Notes under the pieces: model-generated
What the model saw: the letters and a program-made list of their open reading frames with translations, nothing else
Told to the model about the DNA's origin: nothing
Database searches by the model: none
NCBI GenBank assembly: GCA_049967655.1
Contig: JBMFSH010000022.1
Location: forward strand, 1-43,917
Direction of reading: 5' to 3'
Origin: Acidobacteriota bacterium
GTDB lineage: Bacteria; Acidobacteriota; UBA4820; DSQY01
DNA: 43,917 bases
In this document: positions 7,736 through 17,747 of the stretch, piece by piece
Position numbering within the stretch: position 1 is the first letter of the stretch
Layout of the letters: every line of letters begins with the position of its first letter
Program-made: the position numbers and the translations under genes

Positions 7736-9347
7736 TGGCCTTCACCTCCTTCGCAGGGAAGGGCGTGCCCCTGAGGTCCGCCGTGCGCTCCTTCTCGCCC
7801 TTCATGACGAGGGCGTTGCCCACGAGCTCGTGGATGCCGCCCACCTCCACGCCGCCGACCCAGTAGTCCACCACCGCGGGCAGGGTCGCCTTGTCGATGG
7901 CGCAGATGGTGGTCAGGAGGTTGACGCCGTGCTTCTCCTTGACGTACTTGACGGCGTTGCCCCTCGGCAGGCCGCCGCGCATCCGCATCTCCATGTTCTC
8001 GTCGGTGCCCAGCCCGGCCCCCGAACCGCAGCAGAAGGTCTGCTCGCGGATGGTGTTCTCGGGCATGTCGTGGAAGTGGTTGCACACGCTGTTGATCACG
8101 TACCGCGGTTCCTCCAGCAGGCCCATGCCGCGGGCCACGTTGCAGGGGTCGTGGTGCGTCACCCTCCAGTGGTCGTTGCGGCTCTTGTCCAGCTTGAGCT
8201 TGCCGTGGTGGATGAGGTCCGCCGTAAACTCCATGATGTGGGTCATCTTCGTGGACTTGGCGTTCTCGAAGCGGGTGCCGGTGATGGGCGAGACCGGCAC
8301 CTCGAGGAAGTCGGGCGGTCCGTTGAGCGTGTTCATGTACTGGTGGGCGACGCGCCACATGTGGCCGCACTCTCCGCCGAGGATCCACTTGACCTTGAGC
8401 CGCTTGGCCTCCTCGTAGATCTTGGCGTTGAGCCGCTTCATCATCTCGTGCGAGGTGAAGAGGCCGAAGTTACCTCCCTCGCCCGCAAAGGCGCTCATGG
8501 TGTAATCCAGCCCGATCTCGTGGAAGAGCATGAGGTAGCCCAGGAGCGTGTAGTAGTGGGGCGAAGCGAAGTAGTCGGCGGAGGGCATGACGAAGAGGAC
8601 CTCAGCCCCCTTCTTCATGATGGGGGCCTCCACCCGGATGCCCGTGATGTCCTCGATCTCGTCCACGGCGAAGTCGATGGAATCCTTGAAGCCGTGGGGC
8701 TGGATACCCAGATGGTTGCCCGTTCGGAAACAGTTGGCCACGGGCTCGATCACCCAGTTGATGTTGCAGCCGATGAGGTTCAGGAGCTCCCGGCCGATGA
8801 TGGTGATCTCCGCCTGGTCGATGCCGTAGGGGCAGAAGACCGAGCACCGGCGGCACTCGGTGCACTGGTAGAAGTAGTAGAACCACTCCTTGATGACCTC
8901 TTCCGTGAGCTCCCGGCCGCCGGCCAGCGGCCCGAACATCTTTCCCGCCGGCGTGAAGTAGCGCCGGTAGATGGAGCGGATGAGCTCGGCCCTCAGGACG
9001 GGCATGTTCTTGGGATCGCCCGAGCCCACGTAGAAGTGGCATTTGTCGGCGCAGGCGCCGCAGCGCACGCAGATGTCCATAAAGAGCCGGAAGGAGCGGT
9101 ACTTCTCCAGGCGCTCCTTCATGCCGTCCAGGATGATCTGCTTCCAGTTGGGGGGCAGCTTCCAGTCCGCGTCAAAGGGCTGCCACTCGCGCGGGTTGGG
9201 CATGCCCAGGTATTCGATGTTCTTGGCCAGCGCGCTGTAGCAGAAGGTCCCCTTGCGGAATTCGACGTGGGGGTCCATCCAGCCCCTCTTCGGCGGATGG
9301 TAGTCAATCTTCGAGAGTTCTTCGGGCTTGGGTGTCTGTTCCGCCAT
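7728..9347 (-). CDS. dsrK: DsrK, HdrD-like Fe-S subunit
   Basis: CVRCGACADKC, CTECRRCSVFCP, GECGH, HDPC, TFCCGSG. Confidence 0.96.
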   Translation of the reverse strand: MAEQTPKPEELSKIDYHPPKRGWMDPHVEFRKGTFCYSALAKNIEYLGMPNPREWQPFDADWKLPPNWKQIILDGMKERLEKYRSFRLFMDICVRCGACADKCHFYVGSGDPKNMPVLRAELIRSIYRRYFTPAGKMFGPLAGGRELTEEVIKEWFYYFYQCTECRRCSVFCPYGIDQAEITIIGRELLNLIGCNINWVIEPVANCFRTGNHLGIQPHGFKDSIDFAVDEIEDITGIRVEAPIMKKGAEVLFVMPSADYFASPHYYTLLGYLMLFHEIGLDYTMSAFAGEGGNFGLFTSHEMMKRLNAKIYEEAKRLKVKWILGGECGHMWRVAHQYMNTLNGPPDFLEVPVSPITGTRFENAKSTKMTHIMEFTADLIHHGKLKLDKSRNDHWRVTHHDPCNVARGMGLLEEPRYVINSVCNHFHDMPENTIREQTFCCGSGAGLGTDENMEMRMRGGLPRGNAVKYVKEKHGVNLLTTICAIDKATLPAVVDYWVGGVEVGGIHELVGNALVMKGEKERTADLRGTPFPAKEVKANA

Positions 9348-9350
9348 GGC

Positions 9351-10346
9351 CTATTCCTTCTCCATCGGCAGCCCGGCCGCCTTGATCTTGTCGTGGAACT
9401 CCTCTTCCCACTCGGCGTAGGTGTGGACCTTGACGGGGTAGTCCCAGGGATTCACGTGTCGCTTCATGCGGTTGTTGTTGGCGAGGTTTCGGGTGGGGCT
9501 CAAAAAGACCCCAGAGAAGTGCATGAGCTTGCTGAAGGGGAAGTAGGCGAGCAGAAGGCTGAGCAGGAAGAGGTGCACGAAGAAGAGTCCCCCCACTTGG
9601 GGGGGCACCGTCGGCGTAAAGGTTACGAGCCCCAGGGCGAGCTCCTTGACGGCCACGATGTCGGGCCGGAAAAAGTAGCGCATGAGCACGCCCGACCCCG
9701 CCAGCCCGATCAGCACAAACAGGGCGAAGTAGTCGGTGAAGAGCGAGATGTACCGGACCTGCGGGTCGCGGAAGCGGCGCCAAAGCAGGTAGGCCAGCGC
9801 CACCAGGATCACCACGTCCGTGAGGTAGAGCACGGGCGCGCCGATCTGGAAGAAGCCGTCCGCGTCGCTCAGGAGGTTGACGAAGGCCGGTACGGGCTGC
9901 ATGAAGAAGCGCAGGTGGCGCAGGAAAATGATCAAGAATGACCAGTGGAACGCCAGAGCACCGAGCCAAAGGTACTTATTCTCCCCGTAGACGAGCTGCG
10001 GGCCGCTCCTCAGCTCCGCCTTGGTGTTGCGGAAGAGGGAGCGGAACAACAGGACTTCCAGTGCCATTCTCAGCGTCACGCCGAGGGTCGTGTAGGGGCT
10101 CTCCAGGTACCCGGCCTTCATCCACGGGAGCGTCTTCTGCTGCCCGCACGTCGTGGGGATGCGGAACGGCACGGGCGACAGCGCCCACCGCACCACCCGG
10201 TAGGCCACCCCGGCGAGGAAGGTGAGGATGGCCGCATAGGGAATGATGACCCCGAAGAGGGTCCGCAGGCCCTCCACGCTGCCCCCCACGTAGGCGAGCG
10301 CGCCGAGCACCAGAACCACGATGAGCGATAGGAGAGCGTTCATCAA
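9351..10346 (-). CDS. dsrM: DsrM, NarI-like diheme cytochrome b
   Basis: PVPFRIPTTCGQQKTL, FRSLFRNT, YFPFSKLMH, SPTRNLANNNR. Confidence 0.96.
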   Translation of the reverse strand: MMNALLSLIVVLVLGALAYVGGSVEGLRTLFGVIIPYAAILTFLAGVAYRVVRWALSPVPFRIPTTCGQQKTLPWMKAGYLESPYTTLGVTLRMALEVLLFRSLFRNTKAELRSGPQLVYGENKYLWLGALAFHWSFLIIFLRHLRFFMQPVPAFVNLLSDADGFFQIGAPVLYLTDVVILVALAYLLWRRFRDPQVRYISLFTDYFALFVLIGLAGSGVLMRYFFRPDIVAVKELALGLVTFTPTVPPQVGGLFFVHLFLLSLLLAYFPFSKLMHFSGVFLSPTRNLANNNRMKRHVNPWDYPVKVHTYAEWEEEFHDKIKAAGLPMEKE

Positions 10347-10930
10347 TCATCACCTCGCTTCCCGCCCTTGTCTGTACCTTTCTCTGTGTCCGGGGCCCCC
10401 TCGGCCTCGGACCCCTCGGCCCCGTCCCATTCCAGCGGGCCACAGGCCGGGTGGGTCCGCTCGAGCCAGTAGACCCTCCGTTTCATCTCGTCAAAGCGGA
10501 TTCGGTTGAGCTGTTCCTTGCAGGCGGCGTAACAGTCGAAGCCGAGGAGCACCGCTCGGTCGATCCGGGCGTCCAGCTCGGTCAGGGCCTCCGACAGGCC
10601 GGCGGCCCCCGACGCCCCCAGCTCCTCGCGGACGGCCCGCTTGAGCAGGAAGATGAACCCCACGGCCTGGCCGGCGCCGAAATCCTGGACGTTCCGGATC
10701 CGGATGACGGCGTCCAGGTGGGGGCGCAGGCGCTCCTCGTCCTCCCCCTCCAGGAGCACCTCGCAAAGGTTTCTGATCTCCGAGGAGATGGTCGCCCCCA
10801 CGGGGTTGCGGAAGGGATCGCGCTCCGCGTTCAGGAAGTGGACGGTCTGATCGGGGTAGGTTTCAAAAACCAGCTCGCACCATCGGCTGGCAATGGCTTC
10901 CCCCCTGGCTTTCAGAGAAGGGTGCGGCAC
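10343..10930 (-). CDS. dsrT: DsrT (RsbRD N-terminal domain protein)
   Basis: DPFRNPVGATI, IRIRNVQDF, FDCYAACKEQL; GTG start with GGAGG RBS; directly upstream of dsrM. Confidence 0.9.
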   Translation of the reverse strand: MPHPSLKARGEAIASRWCELVFETYPDQTVHFLNAERDPFRNPVGATISSEIRNLCEVLLEGEDEERLRPHLDAVIRIRNVQDFGAGQAVGFIFLLKRAVREELGASGAAGLSEALTELDARIDRAVLLGFDCYAACKEQLNRIRFDEMKRRVYWLERTHPACGPLEWDGAEGSEAEGAPDTEKGTDKGGKRGDD

Positions 10931-11117
10931 GGCCGCTGACCTCCAGTCATATTCCGCGATACCGAACGCGCGCCGCCCGGGTTCCGGCGGCTCTCCCCTT
11001 GCGGGCCCCGGGCGGCGGCGGTCGGAAGGACGAGGGAGGCGGGACGGGCGGCGCGCTGAATCGTCGTGAAGCGATCCGCCTCCGCCGCGAGTCCGCGCCT
11101 CCCCTCGCCGCTCTAGT

Positions 11118-11435
11118 TCACACGCACCCCGTGGGCTTCGGCAGGCCGGCGAGCTTGCAGGCTCCCTTGGCCGGTCCCGAAGGGAAGAGCTCGTAGACCT
11201 TGTTCAGCGGGAACCCGGTCTCCTTGCAGAGCTTGCGGATCATGGGTGCGATGCCGAACTGGAGGTAGTAGTTCCGGAGATAGTTGATCATCTTCCAGTG
11301 CTCCTCGGTCAGTTCGGTGACGCCCTCGGTGGTGGCGAAGTCCTTGGCCACCTCCTCGTTCCAGATGGAGGGGTCTTCCAGGAATCCGTCCTCGTCCACT
11401 TGGTAGGTGTGTCCGTTCAGTTCGATTGTAGGCAC
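11118..11435 (-). CDS. dsrC: DsrC sulfur carrier
   Basis: LFPSGPAKGACKLAGLPKPTGCV with both conserved C-terminal Cys. Confidence 0.97.
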   Translation of the reverse strand: MPTIELNGHTYQVDEDGFLEDPSIWNEEVAKDFATTEGVTELTEEHWKMINYLRNYYLQFGIAPMIRKLCKETGFPLNKVYELFPSGPAKGACKLAGLPKPTGCV

Positions 11436-11556
11436 CGTCTTGTCCTCCTGCCGGTTTTCCGGCGACTGTCAACCAAACAGCGGATGGCGGCATCGGCACC
11501 GGCGGCCCCCCCCGGGCGCGGCCCCGGCTCCCCGGCGCCGCCGCCATCCGCCCCCC

Positions 11557-13218
11557 CTAAACCATCTCGATGTACCCGCAGGGGCACTCCTCCGCGCACT
11601 TCTTGCAGCCGTTGCACACCTCGAGCTTCACCTTGTAGTGCTCGCCCTTGGGCAGCTTCACGAAGGCGCTGTTGGTGCAGTACATCCAGCAGGTCTCGCA
11701 GTCCATGCACATGCCGCAGGACATGCAGCGTTTGGCCTCGTCCAGGGCCTGCTGCTCGGTGAGCCCCTGCTCGATCTCCGTATCCATGCCACGCTGCTCG
11801 ACGGGCAGCTGCGAGCGCTCGTTGCGCGCCGCCTCCTTGTACCAGGAGAGCTTCATCTTGTCGGACTTGATGATGGGCGGCTGCTGGTGCTTCTCCAAGG
11901 TCTTTCCGCGGAAGCGGGCGTCGATGGCCTCGGCGGCGAAGCGCCCTTGGGAGATGGCGATGGTGGCCAGCCCCAGCTCCACGTCGTCGCCGCCCGAGTA
12001 GACGCCGTCCTGCTGCGTCGTCCCCCACTCGTCCACTACGATCCAGTCCTTGCCCTTCCGGAGCGATTCGAAGCCGTCGAAGGCCGGCTCCTGACTGATG
12101 GCAGCCACGATGGCCGTGGCCTCCAGCTCGAACTCCGAGCCCTCCTTGGGGACGGGCCGCCTGCGCCCGGAGGCGTCGGGCTCCCCGAGTTCCATGCGGG
12201 TGCACTTTATGCCCACGGCCACGCCGTCCTTCACGAGGATTTCCACGGGCGCCGCGAGGTATTCGATCTTCACCCCCTCCTCGAGGGCGCCATCGATCTC
12301 CGGCGCGATGGCCGGCATCTCGGTGCGCGTCCGGCGGTAGAGGATGGTCACGTCGGCGCCGAGGCGTTTGCTGATGCGGGCCGCGTCGATGGCTGTGTCG
12401 CCGCCCCCGATGACGATGACCTTGCCCCCCACCTTCACCTCTTCGCCGCTGTTGACCTTGTTGAGGAACTCGGTGCCGGTGAAGACGTTCGGAGCATCCT
12501 CGCCCGGCACGCGGAGCTTGATGCCCTTGTGCGCGCCAATCCCCACGAAGATGGCCTGGTACTGCTTGCGCAGGTCGTCGAGGGAGATCTCCTTGCCGAT
12601 GACATAGTTGGTCTTCAGCTCGACGCCCAGGTCGAGAATCCGCTTGATCTCAGCGTCGAGCACCTCGCGCGGCAGGCGGTACTTGGGGATGCCGTAGCGG
12701 AGCATGCCGCCCGCTTCGCTGAAGGCCTCGAAGACCGTCACCGAATAGCCGCGGCGGGCCAGGTGGTAGGCGCAGGAAAGCCCGGCCGGGCCGGCTCCCA
12801 CCACCGCCACCTTCTCGGGATGCTTCTCTTCGGTGAGCTTCGTGGGCTTGATTCCCTTCTCCAGAGCGAAGTCGCCGAGAAAGCGCTCGACGGCGTTGAT
12901 GGCCACAGGGCCGTCCTTGTCTTTTCGATTGCAGCCCGCCTCGCAGGGATGGGGGCACACCCGCCCGCAGGTCGCCGGAAAGGGGTTGTTCTCAAGGATC
13001 ATTCGCCAGGCGATCTCGTAGGCCTGCTCGTTGGTCCGTCCGTAGGCCTCGGCCTGGGCGATGGTGGTGAGAACCCCGCGGATGTTGGTGCCGCTCGGGC
13101 AGTTCCCGATGCAGGGAGGCGTCTTCTCGATGTACTTCGGCCGGAGGGGGCTGATCTCACCGCCGGAGGTCGGTCCCGCCTTGATGACCGGCTTCTTTTG
13201 CTCCTTGAATAGACCCAT
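11557..13218 (-). CDS. dsrL: DsrL, iron-sulfur flavoprotein (likely NADP(H)-type DsrL-2)
   Basis: GltD-like core (CGRVCPHPC, GAGPAG, GGGDTA, YRRT) plus C-terminal ferredoxin domain (CMSCGMCMDCETC, CNGCKKCAEECPCG); located in dsr operon. Confidence 0.92.
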   Translation of the reverse strand: MGLFKEQKKPVIKAGPTSGGEISPLRPKYIEKTPPCIGNCPSGTNIRGVLTTIAQAEAYGRTNEQAYEIAWRMILENNPFPATCGRVCPHPCEAGCNRKDKDGPVAINAVERFLGDFALEKGIKPTKLTEEKHPEKVAVVGAGPAGLSCAYHLARRGYSVTVFEAFSEAGGMLRYGIPKYRLPREVLDAEIKRILDLGVELKTNYVIGKEISLDDLRKQYQAIFVGIGAHKGIKLRVPGEDAPNVFTGTEFLNKVNSGEEVKVGGKVIVIGGGDTAIDAARISKRLGADVTILYRRTRTEMPAIAPEIDGALEEGVKIEYLAAPVEILVKDGVAVGIKCTRMELGEPDASGRRRPVPKEGSEFELEATAIVAAISQEPAFDGFESLRKGKDWIVVDEWGTTQQDGVYSGGDDVELGLATIAISQGRFAAEAIDARFRGKTLEKHQQPPIIKSDKMKLSWYKEAARNERSQLPVEQRGMDTEIEQGLTEQQALDEAKRCMSCGMCMDCETCWMYCTNSAFVKLPKGEHYKVKLEVCNGCKKCAEECPCGYIEMV

Positions 13219-13341
13219 GGCCTCGTCCTTTCATGGTGATCAGTGGGATGTGAGCAGTCTAAAAATACAGCAACACCTCGCTCCTTGACGCTCGCCCTCG
13301 TTCTTTCTCCTCACTCTCTCACTTCCCACTCCTCACCGTTT

Positions 13342-13776
13342 TTACGCGTACGGATAGATCTTCCGCTTGAAGTCCTCGAGCTGCGACAGAAGACGGTCAT
13401 GCTTCTGCTCGTCTTCGATGAGATAGGTCAGGAGGTGGCGCTGCACGAAGAGGCGGCAGTTGCGGCGCGCCTTTTCGGCCAGCTCGATGGTCTCCTTCTC
13501 CATCTTCGCGTGCTCTTCGATCATGTCCCACACGTCCGCCAGCTCTTCGGGCGACAGCGTGAAGGCCTCCTTCTCCAGGCTGTCGATGATCACCTGCTGG
13601 ACCCGCTTGTGCATCGCCGAGTCCTGCCGGATGATCTCCATCACCAGACGGATCAGGGAGTTCTTCGTCTTCTCCATGATGGCCGAGGTCTGGGAGACCG
13701 TCGCGGTCTCGATATCCTGCCATCGTTTGAGAATACTCAACAGTTCATCGAGGTTCTCTGCCGCTTTCTGGGTCAT
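13342..13776 (-). CDS. Ferritin-like four-helix-bundle hypothetical protein
   Basis: Helical protein with E...DSAMH...E...DEQKH pattern; AGGAGG RBS. Confidence 0.7.
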   Translation of the reverse strand: MTQKAAENLDELLSILKRWQDIETATVSQTSAIMEKTKNSLIRLVMEIIRQDSAMHKRVQQVIIDSLEKEAFTLSPEELADVWDMIEEHAKMEKETIELAEKARRNCRLFVQRHLLTYLIEDEQKHDRLLSQLEDFKRKIYPYA

Positions 13777-13818
13777 CCTGGCCTCCTATCTCGTTCCTTC
13801 CATCCATCCACCGAGGGA

Positions 13819-13843
13819 GGCGGCGGGGCCGGGCCCCGCCGCC
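13819..13843. other. GC-rich hairpin after dsrD
   Basis: GGCGGCGGGGC-CGG-GCCCCGCCGCC, perfect 11-bp stem, no U-tract. Confidence 0.6.
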
Positions 13844-13859
13844 CTCGCTCAAGCCGGCC

Positions 13860-14108
13860 TTATTCGGGCGCAGAGCCTTCCTTGTGGGGCAGGGTGATGA
13901 AACTGCCGCCGAAATAGCTGTAGACGCAGCGCCCCGAATCCATCAGCATGCGGATGGCGTGCTTGCAGTCGTCCTTGCTGACCTCGCCCTCGCCGTACTT
14001 GGCGATCATGGCCTTAGTGAGGTCTCCCGCCTTGAGGTTCTTCTTCCCCATGGTCTCTTTCACCATCTGGTACATCTCTTCGGCGAGCTGTTCCGTCGTA
14101 ACGGCCAT
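13860..14108 (-). CDS. dsrD: DsrD, DsrAB activator (winged-helix)
   Basis: 82 aa directly after dsrB; KKNLKAGDL ... KHAIRMLMDSGRCVYSYFGGSFI resembles the DsrD pattern. Confidence 0.85.
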   Translation of the reverse strand: MAVTTEQLAEEMYQMVKETMGKKNLKAGDLTKAMIAKYGEGEVSKDDCKHAIRMLMDSGRCVYSYFGGSFITLPHKEGSAPE

Positions 14109-14117
14109 GTCAGCCTC

Positions 14118-15200
14118 CTAGAAACGGATGTGCGTGGACCTGGCGTAGGTCGTCCCGGCCAGGCGGAAGTCGTCGATGTGGTACTTCGTGAAGGGGATGC
14201 CGGTCAACTCAAAGAACTTCGGCCAGCCGATCCTCTCGATCCACTCGCCCATGCGCTCGAACTTTTTGGCGTTCTTGGCATACACCTCGACGATGTTCAC
14301 AACCGCGTCCACCACCCCCGGCCACCGCGGCGGCTCGTTGGGGATGAAGGGTATGGCGAGCTTGGAGAACTTGGGCGTGCTGCGGGCGTTGCTCACCTTG
14401 CCGCCGACCCAGATGGAGATGCCGTCGTTCTCGGGGTCGTTGAGCGGCATGGCGGGGCAGACCGTGTAGCAGTTGGCGCAGAACATGCACTGCTCCTCCA
14501 CTACCTCGACCGACTGCTTGCCCTCCACCGTCGCCGGGCGGATGGCGCCCGTGGGGCAGGAGGCGATGAGGGTCGGGACCTCGCAGACCTTGGGAAGGAT
14601 GTCGTGCTTGATCTTCGGGGGCTTGCGGTGGACGCCTAGGATGGCGATGTCCGAACAGTGCACGGCGCCGCACATGTTGAGGCAGCAGGCCAGCGCGATG
14701 CGGAGCTTGGCCGGCAGGTCCTCGTGGGTGAAGCGGTCGCAGAGGGCGTCCATGACGCTCTTCACGATGCCCGAGGCATCCGTGGCGGAGGAGTGGCAGT
14801 GCACCCAGCCCTGCGTGTGGACGATGTTGCTGATGGCGTTGTTGGTGCCGCCCACGGGGAAGCCGAGGGCCAGGAGCTCCTTCTTCAGGGGCTCGATGCT
14901 CGCCTGGTTGTCCAGCAGGAACTCCACGTTGTTCCGGCTCGTCCAGCGAAGATACCCTCCGCAGTACTTCTCGGCCAGGTCGGCGAACTGCCGGATGGTG
15001 GTCGTGCTCAAAAGCCGCGGAGAAGCGGCGCGCACGGTGAAGATCTTTTCTCCCGACTCGGCCACGTGGCAGAGCACGCCGGGGGCCAGGTTCTCGTGGT
15101 ACTTCCACAGGCCGTAGTTCTTCTTGATGACCGGGTGGAGGAACTGTTCATAGTTCGGCGGCCCGATATCCGTAATCCTCTTAACAGGTTCTGCTGCCAT
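14118..15200 (-). CDS. dsrB: Dissimilatory sulfite reductase beta subunit
   Basis: [46 protein letters not shown]. Confidence 0.98.
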   Translation of the reverse strand: MAAEPVKRITDIGPPNYEQFLHPVIKKNYGLWKYHENLAPGVLCHVAESGEKIFTVRAASPRLLSTTTIRQFADLAEKYCGGYLRWTSRNNVEFLLDNQASIEPLKKELLALGFPVGGTNNAISNIVHTQGWVHCHSSATDASGIVKSVMDALCDRFTHEDLPAKLRIALACCLNMCGAVHCSDIAILGVHRKPPKIKHDILPKVCEVPTLIASCPTGAIRPATVEGKQSVEVVEEQCMFCANCYTVCPAMPLNDPENDGISIWVGGKVSNARSTPKFSKLAIPFIPNEPPRWPGVVDAVVNIVEVYAKNAKKFERMGEWIERIGWPKFFELTGIPFTKYHIDDFRLAGTTYARSTHIRF

Positions 15201-15263
15201 CGTTCGGCTCCTTATCTCAAGGCGCCCGCTCTCGTGGGGGCGCCATCTTCAACCACGGCCCGA

Positions 15264-16442
15264 TTACGCCTCGTCCTTGAAGTAGATGTACGGGTTGTCC
15301 CTTGGCGCCGTGATCATCTCGGGCACCGGGTCGAGCCCGATGGCATCCAGGAAGTTGCCCATACCGACGCGCTGGATGAGTTCGCCGACGCGCTCGCGGT
15401 TCTTGCCGTACTCGTCCCAAAAGTCCCACACGCGGGAGACCAGCTCCTTGATGGTGTCCATGAGCTCATCCGCGGGGACGAAGGGCACTAGCACGGAGGA
15501 GAGCAGGGCGCCCTGGACGATGGGGGCCTTGGCGCCGATGAGCAGGGTGGCGCCGCGCTCCTTGCCGGGAGCCAGGGCCTTGGGCATGGCGTTGATGCAG
15601 TGCATGCAGCGCACGCACTCGCGGTTGTTGATGGTCAGCTTCTTGCCGTCCCACTTCATGCACTTGGTCGGGCAGCGGCCGCAGACGTCCTCCTGGATGT
15701 CCAGGCCCTTGGCGGCGTAGGCGGCCACCTCGGCGTCGTTCTGCTGGATGTCGTCCTTCCACGTGCCGATCACCGACAGGTCGGCGCGGGCGATGGAGGC
15801 CACGCAGTCGTTGGGGCAGCCTGAGAACTTGAACTTGAACTTGTAGGGGAAGGGCGGGCGGTGCATTTCGTCCTGGTACTCGTGGGTGATGTCATTGCAC
15901 ATCTTCAGGGTGTCGTAGCAGGCCCACTCGCAGCGCGCCTTGCCCACGCACGCCGAGGGCGTGCGCATGCAGGAGCCCGATCCGCCCAGGTCGAAGCCGG
16001 CCTTCGTCAGCTCGGCAAAGGTGGGCTCGAGCTCGTCGGTCTTGGTGCCCAGGAAGACGATGTCGCCCGTGGAGCCGTGCATGTTGGTGAGGCCGGAGCC
16101 GTGGCGGTCCCAGATGTCGCAGAGGGTCCTGAGCGCGTTGCTCGTGTAGAACCAACCCGACGGCTGGTTCACGCGCATGGTGTGGAAGTGCGCCACGTTC
16201 GGGAACCTCTCGGGCAGGTCGCTGTAGCGGCCGATGACGCCGCCGCCGTATCCCATGACGCCGACGATGCCGCCGTGCTTCCAGTGGCCGACCTTCTCCT
16301 CGTAGGAGAGCTCGAGCTGCCCGAGGAGGTCGTCGCAGACGGGGGAAACCTTCCTGGCCTTCTTGATTTCCTTCACGAAACTCGGCCAGGGCCCCTTCTC
16401 GAGCTCGTCCAAGAGCTTGGTTTGAACCTTTTCATCCGCCAT
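15264..16442 (-). CDS. dsrA: Dissimilatory sulfite reductase alpha subunit
   Basis: [50 protein letters not shown]. Confidence 0.98.
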   Translation of the reverse strand: MADEKVQTKLLDELEKGPWPSFVKEIKKARKVSPVCDDLLGQLELSYEEKVGHWKHGGIVGVMGYGGGVIGRYSDLPERFPNVAHFHTMRVNQPSGWFYTSNALRTLCDIWDRHGSGLTNMHGSTGDIVFLGTKTDELEPTFAELTKAGFDLGGSGSCMRTPSACVGKARCEWACYDTLKMCNDITHEYQDEMHRPPFPYKFKFKFSGCPNDCVASIARADLSVIGTWKDDIQQNDAEVAAYAAKGLDIQEDVCGRCPTKCMKWDGKKLTINNRECVRCMHCINAMPKALAPGKERGATLLIGAKAPIVQGALLSSVLVPFVPADELMDTIKELVSRVWDFWDEYGKNRERVGELIQRVGMGNFLDAIGLDPVPEMITAPRDNPYIYFKDEA

Positions 16443-16583
16443 ATTCTGTCCTCCTGTTATGGCCTGCGGCGTCCGGCCCCCCTCATCGAGTCCTTGGCCT
16501 CGGCCCTTTCCCGTGACTTGGTTTCGTCCTCTCCCCGTTCCCTGCTCTGTCTCCCTGTTTCTCTGTTTCCTGTCTCTCTGTCT

Positions 16584-17690
16584 CTATCTCTTTCCCGTGG
16601 CCGCCATGGCCACCGTCCGGTAGAGGAGGTGCGCGAACTTGGAGTAGGGCGCGTAGACGAACAGCGCGAAGATCAGCACGAGGTGCACGAAATAGATGGT
16701 GTACATGGCTGTCACGGCCTCGCTGAGCCTGAGGACCTCGGAGAGGATGCCCGTGAAGACCACGCCCATGATGGTGAGCAGGAAGAACCAATCGAAGTAG
16801 GTGGTGGCCTTCCGCTTCTCCTCGTTCAGGACGCGGTCCCCCAGCAGGATCAGACCGCCCACCAGGATCACCGCCGCGCAGGCGTTGGCGAAGAGCTTCA
16901 GGATCGATTCCACGGGCATGGCGGGGTCCCAGAAGGGAAGCGGCGTGTGCATGATGCCCACCATGCTCCCGATGCCCACCACCGTGCCCATGAAGGCGAG
17001 GCCCGCGAAGCCCCAGAAAGTGAGCAGGTGCCCCCAGTAGCGGTTCTTCTCCTTGCCGCACTCCTTGAAGCGCTTGTGGGTCAGGATCTCCACGAAGGCC
17101 GGGAGGAGGCCCGCCAGGATGGGCCCGTCGGCCCCGGCCTGCCGCAGCGCCTTCACGAACCTCGCCAGGCCCACGGCGAAAGCCAGGAGCACCAGGCCCG
17201 AGATCAAGAAGAACAGGGGTTCGAGCACGTGCAGCGGAAAGACGTTGGCGAACTCCCGGGGCTCCGTGACCTCCTTCGGCGCCCAGAGGGCCAGCGCGCC
17301 GAAGACCAGGGCTCCGGGCACGAAGAGCAGGGGCCAGGTCTTGGGATTGGCCACGGCGCGGCCCAAAAACCTCGGCGCGGCGAAGTGCTGTATGGCCTGA
17401 TTGCGCAGAGCCCCCATCACCTCGCCGGGCTTGGCGCCCCGCGGACATCGGCTGGTGCAGTCTCCGCAGTTGTGGCAGAGCCAGATCGCGGGATCGGCGA
17501 GCAGCCGGTCCTTGAGCCCCCACTGGGCCTCGATCATCTGCTTGCGCGGGAAGGGCGACTGCTCCGGGGAAAGATTGCAGACCACGGAGCAGGTGGCGCA
17601 CTGGTAGCACTTCTTGAGGTCGCCGCCTCCCGACTTCATGACCTCTTTGATGAACCCCACGTCCGGTTGAACCGTCATTGCCTCAGCCAT
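16584..17690 (-). CDS. qmoC: QmoC, membrane heme b/Fe-S subunit
   Basis: CYQCATCSVVC, FPRKQMIEAQWGL, CHNCGDC, YSKFAHLLYR; AAGGAG RBS before ATG 17690. Confidence 0.95.
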   Translation of the reverse strand: MAEAMTVQPDVGFIKEVMKSGGGDLKKCYQCATCSVVCNLSPEQSPFPRKQMIEAQWGLKDRLLADPAIWLCHNCGDCTSRCPRGAKPGEVMGALRNQAIQHFAAPRFLGRAVANPKTWPLLFVPGALVFGALALWAPKEVTEPREFANVFPLHVLEPLFFLISGLVLLAFAVGLARFVKALRQAGADGPILAGLLPAFVEILTHKRFKECGKEKNRYWGHLLTFWGFAGLAFMGTVVGIGSMVGIMHTPLPFWDPAMPVESILKLFANACAAVILVGGLILLGDRVLNEEKRKATTYFDWFFLLTIMGVVFTGILSEVLRLSEAVTAMYTIYFVHLVLIFALFVYAPYSKFAHLLYRTVAMAATGKR

Positions 17691-17747
17691 GGACTTGGCT
17701 CCTTTTTTCCTGGCCCCCTGGTCACCTAGTCCCCGAGTCACGATTCC

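Noticed and set aside
7885..7910. DsrK C-terminal CAID instead of CxxC
   Set aside because: I recall this variant in other DsrK proteins; no evidence of inactivation.
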